Shown: positions 9,322 through 19,663 of the stretch, one piece after another
How the letters are laid out: the number at the start of each line of letters is the position of its first letter
Numbering within the stretch: position 1 is the stretch's first letter
Origin: Candidatus Bathyarchaeia archaeon
Lineage (GTDB): Archaea; Thermoproteota; Bathyarchaeia; Bathyarchaeales; Bathycorpusculaceae
DNA: 64,000 nucleotides
Direction: 5' to 3'
Assembly: GCA_049512935.1 (NCBI GenBank)
Contig: JBEKWR010000008.1
Location: 28,329 to 92,328, forward strand
Program-made: the position numbers and the translations under genes
The notes under the pieces: generated by a model
What the model saw: the letters and a program-made list of their open reading frames with translations, nothing else
Told to the model about the DNA's origin: nothing
Databases searched by the model: none

Positions 9322-9450
9322 TCTAAATATGGTTATGTTGCAAAGTCCATATAAAGCTAATCAATGAAGAAATAATCAGTTTTATTAAATTTTTTGCCGC
9401 CACCGAGAATCAGAAGCCTCTGAGAAAAATAGCGGTTCCTTCAAGAATCA

Positions 9451-10167
9451 TTAAAACTCCAATTCCCCGTTGACGAATTTGCGTGATATTTCACTTTTTG
9501 GGTTTTCAAAGAAAGCTTCAGGCGTAGCAACCTCAACTATCTCGCCGTTGTAGATGTGAACTATCTCACCCGCTATTCTTCTTGCCTGTGAGAGGTTATG
9601 AGTCGCCATCAGAATAATGCGTTGGGCACTCTTCTGACCGACTATTGCTTTCTCAATAATAGTTGCGCTGTTAGGGTCCAAATTGGCTGTTGGCTCATCT
9701 AAAAGCAGAACATGAGGTTCAAGCAAGAACGCTCTGGCTAAAGCGATTCTCTGCTGTTCTCCGCCCGAAGTTTTTTTTGCTCTCCGCTTTTCAAACCCTG
9801 AAAGCCTCACTGCTTGCAACGCGTCAGTGACTTTTCTTTTAATCTCGTCTTTTGGCACTTTCCTTATTTTAAGACCATACGCCAAGTTATCATACACGCT
9901 TGTGCTGAACATTGCAGATTTTTGAAAGACCAATGATGAGACCTTGCGTAATGCGCCACAATCGATGTTTTGATTGTTAAAGTACAGTTTTCCACTGTCA
10001 GCGTTTTCTAAGCCAGCCATAATACGCATAAGCGTTGTTTTGCCTGCGCCGTTAACGCCTAAAAGAACGATTATTTTGCCGCCCTGTAGGTCCAGCGACA
10101 CCGAATGCAACGCTTTCACGGCGCGATAACTCTTTTTGATATCCACTAGCTGAAGATTAACGCTCAC
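9451..10167 (-). CDS. tupC: Tungstate ABC transporter ATP-binding protein
   Basis: GVNGAGKTT, SGGEQQR and LLDEPT motifs; operon context. Confidence 0.85.
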   Translation of the reverse strand: MSVNLQLVDIKKSYRAVKALHSVSLDLQGGKIIVLLGVNGAGKTTLMRIMAGLENADSGKLYFNNQNIDCGALRKVSSLVFQKSAMFSTSVYDNLAYGLKIRKVPKDEIKRKVTDALQAVRLSGFEKRRAKKTSGGEQQRIALARAFLLEPHVLLLDEPTANLDPNSATIIEKAIVGQKSAQRIILMATHNLSQARRIAGEIVHIYNGEIVEVATPEAFFENPKSEISRKFVNGELEF

Positions 10168-10170
10168 GTA

Positions 10171-10917
10171 TTAACCCCCGCCTAAACCTCTCCACAGTGA
10201 TAGTTTACCCCATAATCCCTCTTCTTGTCTCAATCGCTCTATGAGGCTGATGGTTAATGCTAAAGCGATTACTATTGCCATAAGCAATATAGCGTATGCC
10301 ATGGCGATGTCGAAGCTTCCGAAGTCTATTTCGGTTGCAATAGCAGTGGTTAAAACTCTTGTTTCTCCCAGCAGGTTTCCGCCTACGATCGTTGCAATGC
10401 CGAGCTCGCCAAAACCTCTGTTAAAAGAGGCGGTTATAGAAAGCACCATTGACCAAACTGTTTCCCGAATAAGTGTTAGGTTCGTTCTAAACCCTGATGC
10501 ACCAAGGGTTTTGGCTAAATCTCTCAGTTGAACGTCTGCGGCACCCAGAGCGTTAGCTGTAAAACTTACTATAATGGGGGTAACCAGGATGGCTTCGCCG
10601 ATTGCTATTCCATTAAGGGTGTATAGCAGGTGAAAAGACCCGAATTCGCCTTGTCTATTCAAGAATAAAAACAGAAGCAATCCCAAGGCAACTGTCGGTA
10701 TGCCTATTAACGCGTTGAAGACGCCTTTGATAAACCATTTTCCTCTAAAATTGTACAAGCCTAAAATTACAGCTATTGGAATACTCCAGATGCATGACAA
10801 TAATGTTCCTAAGCCTGCAACGTAGATTGATCTGTAGACTGTTGCGTAAACTTCAGGGTTGCCGCTTGCGATTAATTTAATGGCTTGCTCAAAGGCTTTT
10901 ACGATAATATCAGCCAT
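10171..10917 (-). CDS. tupB: Tungstate ABC transporter permease
   Basis: Hydrophobic; GIPTVALGL and GELGIATIVGGN..TRVLTTAIA match TupB. Confidence 0.87.
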   Translation of the reverse strand: MADIIVKAFEQAIKLIASGNPEVYATVYRSIYVAGLGTLLSCIWSIPIAVILGLYNFRGKWFIKGVFNALIGIPTVALGLLLFLFLNRQGEFGSFHLLYTLNGIAIGEAILVTPIIVSFTANALGAADVQLRDLAKTLGASGFRTNLTLIRETVWSMVLSITASFNRGFGELGIATIVGGNLLGETRVLTTAIATEIDFGSFDIAMAYAILLMAIVIALALTISLIERLRQEEGLWGKLSLWRGLGGG

Positions 10918-10966
10918 GCATATCACAAAAGAAATGAGGGGAATTTTATTTGAGCTTTTCCGTGCA

Positions 10967-12340
10967 TTATTCGTCGCTTAATTTGCCGATGATTGGATTG
11001 TAGGTTGACGGCTGAGCAATCAGAAGTTGTTGGCTGTCTGCGAGGGAATAGTTTGCAAGGCTTAACGAGGAAACAGGTTCCATGAGTGCTTCTTGTACAT
11101 CGTACGACCCAGAATAGAGGTTGCCTGCGTCGTACCGATACTGAGGCGGGCATTCAGTTCCGTTGGCATTGATGACGGGAACTGAATTAATGTAAGCGTA
11201 GCTTTGGATCCAACCGTATAGCGTGGTGTTTAATGCAGGGTTAGTTGCCAAAGGTACAAACGGGTTGAACAATGTTTGGTTATAGCTTGCTATACCATAG
11301 TTAGCGATTACCTGTTGACCTTCATTGGAAACTAGCCAGTTGACAAAAATCATTGAAGCGTTGAAGTTTGTGTTTGATAGTTTGGCGTTTTGCGGGTTGT
11401 CGATTATTGCGCTGTAAACGTTTAGCAGGGATTGTTGCGCTTGAATTTGGATTTGCAGTTGTATATCTCCATCGTCATAATAAGCGTAGTATGTTCCCGT
11501 ATCTGAAAGCGTATATCCGCCGATGTTGCCGTAATAGTTGGCTGCTAGCAGGGTCGGTCCCATGCCTGTGCCGGTAGATTTGAACCATGAAGTTTGTGTA
11601 AGTAGCTGAGTGTAGTTGTAACCTGCAGCCGTCCACAGAGAAATCTCTTTGGTGTTTGTTCCAGAAGCATCGTCTCTTGAGAACCAAAGCACTTGGCTAT
11701 TTGGAACTTGCGCTGCGTTGTAGATGTCTATCATAGCTTGAGTAACATTGGTTAAGCCTCTGATGTGTGCGGGATCACTTGCTGGACCGACTATTACAAA
11801 GAAGTTGTAAGCCACGATTTTGCGGTCAACGCCGTAACCACCAGTTAGGAAAGGAAGTTCCTGTGAAGGAGAATGAACCAGCAGCATGTCTGCAGATCCT
11901 GACTCTGCATCCGTTATGGCAACGCCAGTTCCTACCGCGACAAAGTTGACAGTTATCCACGGGTATTGAGCTTGGAAAGAATCTTTTATGTCATCTTTAA
12001 TTGTGGTTCCATTGGCCAAAACTTCTGGTTGGTCTTCTAGTCCTGTATCGTAAAGACTTGTGGTTGTTGCCACGGTCAATGTGGTGGGGCTAGGGGTTGG
12101 TGTGGGAGAAGGAGTGGGAGAGGGAGATGGCGTGGGCGTTGGGCTTGCGCTCGGTGAAGGTTTTGGCGTCGGGGATGGGCTGGGAGAAGATGTTGGTGTT
12201 TCCGTGGGGGTTGCTGTTGGCTCAGGCGTCGGCTTAGAGTTATTATTTTGGGAGCCCGAGTAGGATATGTAAGCGAAGACTCCGCCTATTATGATGACGA
12301 TTAATACGATTGCTGTGATGATTACATATGTGCTTTTCAT
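10967..12340 (-). CDS. tupA: Tungstate ABC transporter substrate-binding protein with Pro/Thr/Ser linker
   Basis: ATTTSLYDTGL, VGTG..D..LVH, SRDDASGT..KE and GMG..L motifs. TM anchor followed by a (PTPS)n linker. Confidence 0.9.
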   Translation of the reverse strand: MKSTYVIITAIVLIVIIIGGVFAYISYSGSQNNNSKPTPEPTATPTETPTSSPSPSPTPKPSPSASPTPTPSPSPTPSPTPTPSPTTLTVATTTSLYDTGLEDQPEVLANGTTIKDDIKDSFQAQYPWITVNFVAVGTGVAITDAESGSADMLLVHSPSQELPFLTGGYGVDRKIVAYNFFVIVGPASDPAHIRGLTNVTQAMIDIYNAAQVPNSQVLWFSRDDASGTNTKEISLWTAAGYNYTQLLTQTSWFKSTGTGMGPTLLAANYYGNIGGYTLSDTGTYYAYYDDGDIQLQIQIQAQQSLLNVYSAIIDNPQNAKLSNTNFNASMIFVNWLVSNEGQQVIANYGIASYNQTLFNPFVPLATNPALNTTLYGWIQSYAYINSVPVINANGTECPPQYRYDAGNLYSGSYDVQEALMEPVSSLSLANYSLADSQQLLIAQPSTYNPIIGKLSDE

Positions 12341-12364
12341 TTTTTTTCACTATTTTAGGGAAAA

Positions 12365-12388
12365 CGATATGTATATATAAACATAACG
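12365..12388. promoter_or_regulatory. ModE-type operator overlapping the tupA TATA box
   Basis: CGATATGT-atatataa-ACATAACG, a near-perfect inverted repeat resembling CGTTAT(A/G)T-N8-A(T/C)ATAACG, 25 bp upstream of tupA. Confidence 0.75.
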
Positions 12389-12448
12389 ACAGTTGAGCGC
12401 TTAAATCAACACACTGCTCAGCCGCTTCCGCTTTCCAGAGAAACAAAC

Positions 12449-12679
12449 CTATACAGGAGGCTTACTTTCCGCGGTTAACTCGTTCAGGATCACCAGCGCC
12501 TCACCAAGCGGCATTCCCAGCCTCTCCGCGAGCTCATTGGCGGTCACGTCGGGTTTTTGAGGCAAAATGCTTTCCCGAGTGTAAGCCTTGTGCGTTGGGT
12601 ACATTACGCTGGCGTGGACTGCCTCGACAAGCAGTTGCCAAAGCGTGTCTTTCGAGTACTGTTCCAAGTTCATAAGCAT
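12449..12679 (-). CDS. Small hypothetical protein, HTH-like C-terminus
   Basis: 76 aa; VTANELAERLGMPLGEALVIL. Confidence 0.65.
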   Translation of the reverse strand: MLMNLEQYSKDTLWQLLVEAVHASVMYPTHKAYTRESILPQKPDVTANELAERLGMPLGEALVILNELTAESKPPV

Positions 12680-12788
12680 CTAACCATGCATGTGCTATTC
12701 TGGTTATTAACGTAGTGCAATGTTAAGGCGAATGGATGCAATAAACTTAATACTTTGCCGCTGCTGCTTGAATTGTGGAGGCCAAGTC

Positions 12789-13766
12789 TTGAAGGCTGTT
12801 GTTTATCATGGAGCGCACAACATCAGAGTTGAACAGGTTCCAGAGCCCAAAATCAAGGGTAGCAGGGTTCTTGTTCACTTCAAGGCTGGAAGCATCTGCG
12901 GCACCGACATGCACCTGTACAGGGGCGACTGGAAATGGATGAAAAAAGGCAGGATTCTTGGGCATGACGCTTGGGGAGTTCGCGATGACACTGGCGAACG
13001 CGTGGTTATGGTTCCCATTGTGAATTGCGGGCACTGCTACTTTTGCCTTCGAGGACTGCCAACGTACTGCACGACAGGCAAGTTTTACGGATTAACACGC
13101 GACGGTTTCTTCGCTGAATCCAAAGCCATGCTGCCAAGAAGCCTAATTCCCATACCTGAAACCGTCAGCGATGAAGAAGCTGCCATAGTGGAGCCTGTTG
13201 CCTTGGCGCTTCGCGTCCTCGATTTCATGAAGCCTAATCTTGGCGATTGGGTAACGATAATTGGGCAGGGACCCATCGGCTTGCTCATGACGCAGGTGGC
13301 TAAGCTGAAGGGTTGCCGTGTTATCGCGGTTGACCTTGAGGATTACAGGCTTGAATTCAGCCTCAAGTATGGTGCAGACGCAGTCGTCAACGCCAAGAAA
13401 GAAGACTTAGTCAAGGCGGTTAGGAAACTCACAAAGCGCGGGTCAGACCTGGTTATTGAAGCCGCTGGCACACGGCAAACGGTTGAGCAAACGCCGTTTT
13501 TGGTTAGGAAGGCTGGGAAAGTGGCTTTGGTAGGCGAGTCTAAGGGTTACTTGAATTTGGAAGATGCGGATGAAGCGTTGTTTTTCACCATTTACATCTC
13601 GCCTGTTGAGTACCCGTCGGCTGTGGAGTTAATCGCAAGGAAACTGGTGGACGTGAAAGGCATGATTACGCACAGGTTTAAGTTTGGTGAATTTGAGAAA
13701 GCCCTTCAAACGGTTGACACTCCATCGGAGAAACCTTTGAAAGTGATAATATCGAGTAGCCTCTAA
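12789..13766 (+). CDS. Zn-dependent alcohol/sugar-alcohol dehydrogenase (MDR family)
   Basis: ICGTD, structural Zn CGHCYFC..C, GQGPIG. TTG start follows GGAGG. Confidence 0.88.
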   Translation: MKAVVYHGAHNIRVEQVPEPKIKGSRVLVHFKAGSICGTDMHLYRGDWKWMKKGRILGHDAWGVRDDTGERVVMVPIVNCGHCYFCLRGLPTYCTTGKFYGLTRDGFFAESKAMLPRSLIPIPETVSDEEAAIVEPVALALRVLDFMKPNLGDWVTIIGQGPIGLLMTQVAKLKGCRVIAVDLEDYRLEFSLKYGADAVVNAKKEDLVKAVRKLTKRGSDLVIEAAGTRQTVEQTPFLVRKAGKVALVGESKGYLNLEDADEALFFTIYISPVEYPSAVELIARKLVDVKGMITHRFKFGEFEKALQTVDTPSEKPLKVIISSSL

Positions 13767-13926
13767 CTGTTCAAGCCGTCACTTTTCCTTTTTGCTTGAA
13801 CTGCCTCCCATTGGGTCCGCTAGATGAGCCAAATTGGTGCATCCAGAAGCGCCTAATAGACATGCAGGTAAGCGTTATATTGATTGCCAAAAAATCTCAA
13901 CATTTTATAATGGAATCACGTAAGCT

Positions 13927-14745
13927 ATGCAGTCGAGGAGAGCCGTTGTGTGGGAGGCAATTTTGCCCGTTATCGGATTCCTTATCGGGCTAGTTTCGGT
14001 GATGGTTGGCCTTGGAGGAGGATTTCTAGTTGTACCCCTGTTGACCTTGGTCTACGCTTTCTCCCCAGCAAACGCCGTTGGAACCAGCTTAACAACGATT
14101 CTGATGACGACGGCTGTTGCCTCAGCGTACTTTTCAAGACAAAAGCAAACTTACTATAAAATGGGTTTAATTCTGTCGGTAGCCGCGGTGCCCGGCGCGA
14201 TATTGGGGAGTTTCTTAACAACAGAAGTGCCAGGACAGGTTATAGGTTTGCTTGTCGGTGTTTTCTTGGTTTTTGTGGCGTGGCAAATGGTCTACAGGAA
14301 AGGGACTGCAAATAGTTGTGAAAATTCAGAAGATGATTCTGGTTTTTCTGAAAAAGAACTGCTGTCTAAAAAAGGACAAGTATTAGTTGGGATCGTTCTC
14401 TGCTTCTTTGCAGGTTTAATCGGTGGTTTGCTCAGCATTCCAGGCGTGCTACTGGTACCGATCATGCTTTTGGTTTTACGGATGCCATTTAAGGCTGTAG
14501 CTGCAACTTCGGTTTTCACAATGGTTTTCATTTCGTTGGCAGGTACGGCTCAACACGTCAGTTTGGGAAACATAAATGTTGAGTACGCATTGCTTATAGG
14601 ATCTGGCTCGATGTTTGGAGGGTTACTTGGTGCTCATCTTTGCACAATTACGGAAAACAGAACGTTGCATTGGGTTTTATGCGGATTACTTCTCTTCATA
14701 AGCTTACAGATGTTTTTAAAGTTCGGTTTGGGATTTAATTATTGA
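13927..14745 (+). CDS. TauE/SafE sulfite exporter family
   Basis: GLGGGFLVVP..AVGTS and a repeated second half; multi-TM. Confidence 0.85.
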   Translation: MQSRRAVVWEAILPVIGFLIGLVSVMVGLGGGFLVVPLLTLVYAFSPANAVGTSLTTILMTTAVASAYFSRQKQTYYKMGLILSVAAVPGAILGSFLTTEVPGQVIGLLVGVFLVFVAWQMVYRKGTANSCENSEDDSGFSEKELLSKKGQVLVGIVLCFFAGLIGGLLSIPGVLLVPIMLLVLRMPFKAVAATSVFTMVFISLAGTAQHVSLGNINVEYALLIGSGSMFGGLLGAHLCTITENRTLHWVLCGLLLFISLQMFLKFGLGFNY

Positions 14746-14925
14746 TGGCAAATTGATTGGGAAAGCTATCCGGCAACCTTGTCGTCATCAACGGTTTTCT
14801 CATTTTTATGAACCAGTTAAAAATGAATAATTAATAAAATAGCGTGTTGTCGTGCATCTCAGGAAAAAGGAGCAAACTGCAAAAGTCTTTTATTGATATT
14901 CTGTTTAAGTTAGGTAAATACGTAC

Positions 14926-16857
14926 TTGATGAATGAAATGGCCTCTTTTTCAACAAGCAAAGAAAATCTCGGAAAGAAAACTGAAACTGAACAAACCGGT
15001 GCTGAACGCGAGAAAACTGAAGATGCTCTAAAAGAAGCTAGGGAACGAACAGAGTTTGACAGGAAACGCTTGGAAACCATCTTGGAGACTATTCCTTCGG
15101 CTGTGGTCATTATTGATTCACCAAGCGGAAAATTCTCTTTCGTTAACAAACGAGCCATGCAGCTCTACGGTTTTGACCCGTTAGGTTTTGGCTTGGACGA
15201 AAACGTGGCGAAAGTTAAGGCTAGGCGAGCGGACGGAACGGACTACCCGATCGAGGAAATGCCCGTCAGCCGTTCCTTAAAGTTCGGTCAAGAGGTGCAT
15301 AAGGAAGAAATGATAATCGAACGCCCCGACGGACAAGCCTTACTTATAGCCGCAAGCACGGCACCACTACGTGACATGAAAGGCAACATAACTGCAGCCA
15401 TCGTCGTCTTTGAAGACATAACCGAACGCAAAAAGGCTGAAAAAGACCTGTTTAACCTCGCCAAGTTTCCGTCAGAAAATCCCTTTGCAGTGCTTAGGAT
15501 TTACAGGGATGGCACGGTTTTGTATGCAAATGCGGAAAGTCTGCGGCTGCCAAAACCAATCAGGGTAGAGGTCGGCTGCGTCGTCCGTCCGCTATGGCTT
15601 AAGCATGTAGCCGAAGCCTTAACGTCTAACCACAGGTTAGATTTTGAGGAAAGCGCTGAAGGGCGTTGGTTCGAGTTTAAGGTAGCTCCAATTCTTTCTG
15701 AAGGGTACGTCAATATTTACGGATCAGATATCACTAAACGCAAGGAAGCTGAAGAAGCAGCCAGAAAAGGCGAAGCTGCAACTGTCGCTTCAAAATATGC
15801 CAGAAGCCTAATTGAAGCCAGCTTAGACCCTCTTGTAACGATCAGTGCGGAAGGGAAAATAACTGATGTCAACGATGCCACAGAATTAGTTACGGGTTGT
15901 CCAAGAGCACAACTGATTGGAAGTGATTTTTCAGATTACTTCACTGAACCTGAAAAAGCCAGAGCAGGCTACAAGAAAGTTTTCACAGACGGTTTTGTTA
16001 AAGATTACCCTTTAGCCATACGTCACAAGTCAGGAAAAATTACAGATGTTTTATACAACGCTACCGTTTACCAAAATGAAGCTGGAGCGATTCAAGGAGT
16101 TTTTGCTGCGGCACGAGACATCACCCAGCGCAAAGCCATGGAGAACGAGCTTAGGCAAACACTTGAAAAACTCAAGCAATCCAACGCCGAACTAGAGCAG
16201 TTTGCCTACGTGGCGTCGCATGACCTGCAGGAACCCCTGCGCATGGTGGCAAGCTACGTCCAATTACTTGAGCGCAGGTACAAAGGAAAGTTGGACCCTG
16301 AAGCTGACGAGTTCATTGCCTACGCAGTGGATGGCGCCAATCGCATGCGAGGATTAATTGACGACCTCCTAACCTATTCACGGGTCGGAAGGCTAGGCAA
16401 ACCGTTTGAGCCGACAAACTTGGAATCAACCTTGACCATCGTTCTTAAGAATCTGCAAGCATCAATCGCAGAAAACAATGCTACCATAACTCACGACAAA
16501 CTGCCAGTTGTCAGCGGAGACGAGGGACAACTTGTGCAGCTTTTCCAGAATTTAATCGGCAACGCCATCAAATTTCACAGAGAAGAACTCCCATGCGTGC
16601 ATGTATCAGCCAAGGATAAAGGCGCAGAGTACCAGTTTGCGGTAAGCGACAACGGCATCGGCATAGACCCACAGTACTTCGACCGTCTCTTCAAGATTTT
16701 CCAGCGCTTGCACACCAGAGAAGAATACCCAGGGTCAGGAATTGGCTTGGCAGTCTGCAAAAAAATCGTGGAGCGCCACGGGGGACGCATCTGGATTGAA
16801 TCGCAAGTGGGGAAAGGTTCAACTATTTACTTTACACTCAGTAAAAGGAAGTGGTAA
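14926..16857 (+). CDS. Multi-PAS sensor histidine kinase
   Basis: Three PAS/PAC segments, H-box FAYVASHDLQEPLR, N-box QNLIGNAIKF, G-boxes DNGIGI and GSGIGL. Confidence 0.93.
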   Translation: MMNEMASFSTSKENLGKKTETEQTGAEREKTEDALKEARERTEFDRKRLETILETIPSAVVIIDSPSGKFSFVNKRAMQLYGFDPLGFGLDENVAKVKARRADGTDYPIEEMPVSRSLKFGQEVHKEEMIIERPDGQALLIAASTAPLRDMKGNITAAIVVFEDITERKKAEKDLFNLAKFPSENPFAVLRIYRDGTVLYANAESLRLPKPIRVEVGCVVRPLWLKHVAEALTSNHRLDFEESAEGRWFEFKVAPILSEGYVNIYGSDITKRKEAEEAARKGEAATVASKYARSLIEASLDPLVTISAEGKITDVNDATELVTGCPRAQLIGSDFSDYFTEPEKARAGYKKVFTDGFVKDYPLAIRHKSGKITDVLYNATVYQNEAGAIQGVFAAARDITQRKAMENELRQTLEKLKQSNAELEQFAYVASHDLQEPLRMVASYVQLLERRYKGKLDPEADEFIAYAVDGANRMRGLIDDLLTYSRVGRLGKPFEPTNLESTLTIVLKNLQASIAENNATITHDKLPVVSGDEGQLVQLFQNLIGNAIKFHREELPCVHVSAKDKGAEYQFAVSDNGIGIDPQYFDRLFKIFQRLHTREEYPGSGIGLAVCKKIVERHGGRIWIESQVGKGSTIYFTLSKRKW

Positions 16858-16861
16858 AAAC

Positions 16862-17302
16862 ATGAATGAAGTTAGACCTGTCGACATTTTGCTCGTTGAG
16901 GACAATCCTGGAGACGTTCGTTTAACCAAAGAAGCCCTAAGAGACGCAAAAGTACTAAACGAAATATATGTCGCGAAGGACGGCGTTGAAGCCATGGAAT
17001 TCCTTCATAGAAAAGGCCGATTTTCAAAGGTGCCTTTGCCCGACTTAATACTGCTTGACCTAAACTTGCCGAGAAAAGATGGCCGCGAAGTGCTGGCTGA
17101 AATAAAGGAGCACCCAATCTTAAAACATATCCCAGTTGTAGTGCTGACGACCTCTAAGGCTGAAGAGGACATAGTTAAAACGTATAACCTGCATGCGAAC
17201 GCTTATATTACGAAGCCAGTTGACCTAGACCGTTTTGCAGAAATCATACATGTACTTAACGAGTTTTGGTTCACCATAGTTAAACTGCCGCCGAAGGAGT
17301 AA
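16862..17302 (+). CDS. Single-domain response regulator (Rcp1-like)
   Basis: ILLVEDNPGD, PDLILLDLNLP, VLTTS and YITKP motifs. Confidence 0.92.
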   Translation: MNEVRPVDILLVEDNPGDVRLTKEALRDAKVLNEIYVAKDGVEAMEFLHRKGRFSKVPLPDLILLDLNLPRKDGREVLAEIKEHPILKHIPVVVLTTSKAEEDIVKTYNLHANAYITKPVDLDRFAEIIHVLNEFWFTIVKLPPKE

Positions 17303-18715
17303 ATTGCGATAAAAATTCTTTTGATTGAGGATAATCCTGGCGATGTGCGCCTAATTCAGGAAATGCTAAAGGAAGAGAAATTCCCAGCTGAAAATCTCGA
17401 GCATGTCGATAGACTTTCAAAAGGGCTTACCCGCATAGCGGAAGGCGGCATAGAGGCTGTTTTATTGGACCTCGGTTTGCCAGACAGCCAAGGGCTTGCC
17501 ACTTTTGAAAAAATGCACTCTGCAAGTCTTCAGGTGCCAATCGTGATATTGACTGGAGTGAAAGATGACGCGCAGGGCGTTGAAGCAGTTCGCAGGGGCG
17601 CACAGGATTACCTCAGGAAAGGAAAACTGGATGGACCTCTTTTAGTTCGCGCCATTACTTACGCTGTTGAACGTAAAAAACTGGATGAAGCCGTCCAGAG
17701 GCAAGCTGCCCTTATTGATCTTAGCCCAGAAGCTATTATCGTGAAAAAGCCTGATGACACCATCACTTTCTGGAGTTCAGGTGCAGAAAAAGTTTACGGA
17801 TACACAAAGGAAGAAGCTATTGGGAAAAAAACTCGGGCACTTTTAAAGATAAAATTCGCTTCGCCCTTTGAAACCATAGAAGAACAGCTGAAAAAAGAAG
17901 GAAAATGGTCGGGCGAGCTTTGCCACGAAACAAAATCTGGGCGTGAGCTGTCAATTCAAAGCTATTGGCTAGCGAAGTTTGACGAGAAATGTAAGATACT
18001 TGAAGTATTCGAGTCGAACGTGGATATAACTGAACGCAAAAATGCTGAGCGGTTAGCTGCTATTGGAGCTACGGCAGGCATGGTTGGACATGACATCCGC
18101 AACCCCTTGCAAACAATTGCTGGCGAAGTATTTTTGGCGCAGAACGCGTTGAAGGACCTACCAGACGGCGAATCCAAAGCAAGCCTCAAGGAAAGCCTCG
18201 AGAACATAGAGCACCAGATAGAATATGTAAACAAAATAGTCCAAGACCTTCAAGACTACGCCAAACCAATCAAGCCGATCTGGAAAGAAATAGACCTGAA
18301 GAATGTCTGTGAAGAATTGCTTTCAAAAACAGAAATTCCGCAAAACATTTCAGTTTCTTGCCAAGTTCAGCCTGACGCTAGACAATTATTTTCTGACCCT
18401 GACATATTAAGACGGATTATGGTCAATCTGGTCACTAATGCTGTTCAGGCGATGCCTCACGGTGGAAAACTTTACATAAGAGCCTTTCTAAGCGACGGCG
18501 ACACTGTTTTAGCCGTTGACGATACAGGCTGCGGGATTCCCAAGGACGTGGGCGCAAAACTGTTCACGCCTCTGTTTACGACGAAGGCTAAAGGTCAAGG
18601 TTTCGGGTTAGCCGTTGTCAAACGTATGACTGATGCTTTAGGCGGCTCGGTGTACTTTGAAAGCGAAGTGGGGAAAGGCACAAAATTCTTTGTACGTCTG
18701 CCAAAAAGAAATTAA
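17303..18715 (+). CDS. Hybrid REC-PAS-histidine kinase (start uncertain)
   Basis: IKILLIEDNPGD REC domain, PAS, H-box GHDIRNPL, HATPase. The first canonical start (TTG 17321) falls inside REC beta1. Confidence 0.88.
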   Translation: MAIKILLIEDNPGDVRLIQEMLKEEKFPAENLEHVDRLSKGLTRIAEGGIEAVLLDLGLPDSQGLATFEKMHSASLQVPIVILTGVKDDAQGVEAVRRGAQDYLRKGKLDGPLLVRAITYAVERKKLDEAVQRQAALIDLSPEAIIVKKPDDTITFWSSGAEKVYGYTKEEAIGKKTRALLKIKFASPFETIEEQLKKEGKWSGELCHETKSGRELSIQSYWLAKFDEKCKILEVFESNVDITERKNAERLAAIGATAGMVGHDIRNPLQTIAGEVFLAQNALKDLPDGESKASLKESLENIEHQIEYVNKIVQDLQDYAKPIKPIWKEIDLKNVCEELLSKTEIPQNISVSCQVQPDARQLFSDPDILRRIMVNLVTNAVQAMPHGGKLYIRAFLSDGDTVLAVDDTGCGIPKDVGAKLFTPLFTTKAKGQGFGLAVVKRMTDALGGSVYFESEVGKGTKFFVRLPKRN

Positions 18716-18850
18716 GCCTTATTTTTTTGCGATTCAGAACCCAAGTCTTCATGAGACTGCGCAAATTTTTGGGGATGCATTTTACCGCAAGGTATATTGC
18801 TCATAGAGTTAGTGTTAACCCAGTTTCAGATCGTTTAGGAGTCAACATTC

Positions 18851-19537
18851 GTGCCTGTAGAAGCTGTAATATTTGATTTAGACGGGACCCTTGCCAACTT
18901 CAACTTGGACTTCAAAACCCTGCGGTCAGAAGTCAGAAGCTACCTCATAAGAAAAGGCGTTCCAACTTCGGTTCTGAACGTTAACGAAAACATGTTCGAA
19001 ATGCTGGCAAAATCCGAGATTTTCTTCAAGAACGGCGACAAGACAAACTCTACCCACGTATTTGAACAGGTCCGCACACAAGCTTTCGCAATAGCTGAAA
19101 AGTACGAGATGGAGGCTGCCTCAGCTACAAGCCTACAGCCTGGAGCCCTCGAAACCTTGAAAGAGCTGAGGAAGATGGGGCTGAATCTGGGTTTATGCAC
19201 GACAAGCAGCGAAAAAGCCGCGAATTACATTCTTCGACGCTTCAAGATTGACGAGTTTTTCAAGATTGTTGTATCAAGAGACAAGGTCAAGTACGTTAAG
19301 CCGCACACCGAACAGTGCGAAATCGCGCTCAAGGCTTTGGGTGCACATCCGCAAGCAACCGTTTTCGTCGGAGACAGCGTTGTCGACGTGCAAACCGCCA
19401 AAGAACTAAAATCAGTCGCCGTCGGGATACCCACAGGCACAGCCACGTTGGAGCAGCTGAAAAGCCACTCCCCCAACTACATCATAACCTCGTTAACTGA
19501 CCTGCCAATCCTCATTAAAGAAATCAACAAGGATTAA
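18851..19537 (+). CDS. HAD-family phosphatase (phosphoglycolate phosphatase-like)
   Basis: FDLDGTL, KP and VGDSVVD motifs. Confidence 0.88.
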   Translation: MPVEAVIFDLDGTLANFNLDFKTLRSEVRSYLIRKGVPTSVLNVNENMFEMLAKSEIFFKNGDKTNSTHVFEQVRTQAFAIAEKYEMEAASATSLQPGALETLKELRKMGLNLGLCTTSSEKAANYILRRFKIDEFFKIVVSRDKVKYVKPHTEQCEIALKALGAHPQATVFVGDSVVDVQTAKELKSVAVGIPTGTATLEQLKSHSPNYIITSLTDLPILIKEINKD

Positions 19538-19663
19538 GCAGTTATTTAGCCCAACTTGTTTACAGTTATCAACTTTGATTTTAGCCTGTAGGTTCACATG
19601 TTTTACAAGTTTTGAGCCAAAATTTTCCAAATTTTGCCTGCGCTTAAGGAAGGGCGTCTGAAT

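Noticed and set aside
12060-12263. Gly/Val-rich ORF and repeats
   Set aside because: Antisense shadow of the Pro/Thr/Ser linker in tupA; the same applies to 39039-39431 and 54238-54453.
16742-16861. N-terminal extension of the response regulator
   Set aside because: Overlaps the kinase 3' end; the REC domain starts at ATG 16862.
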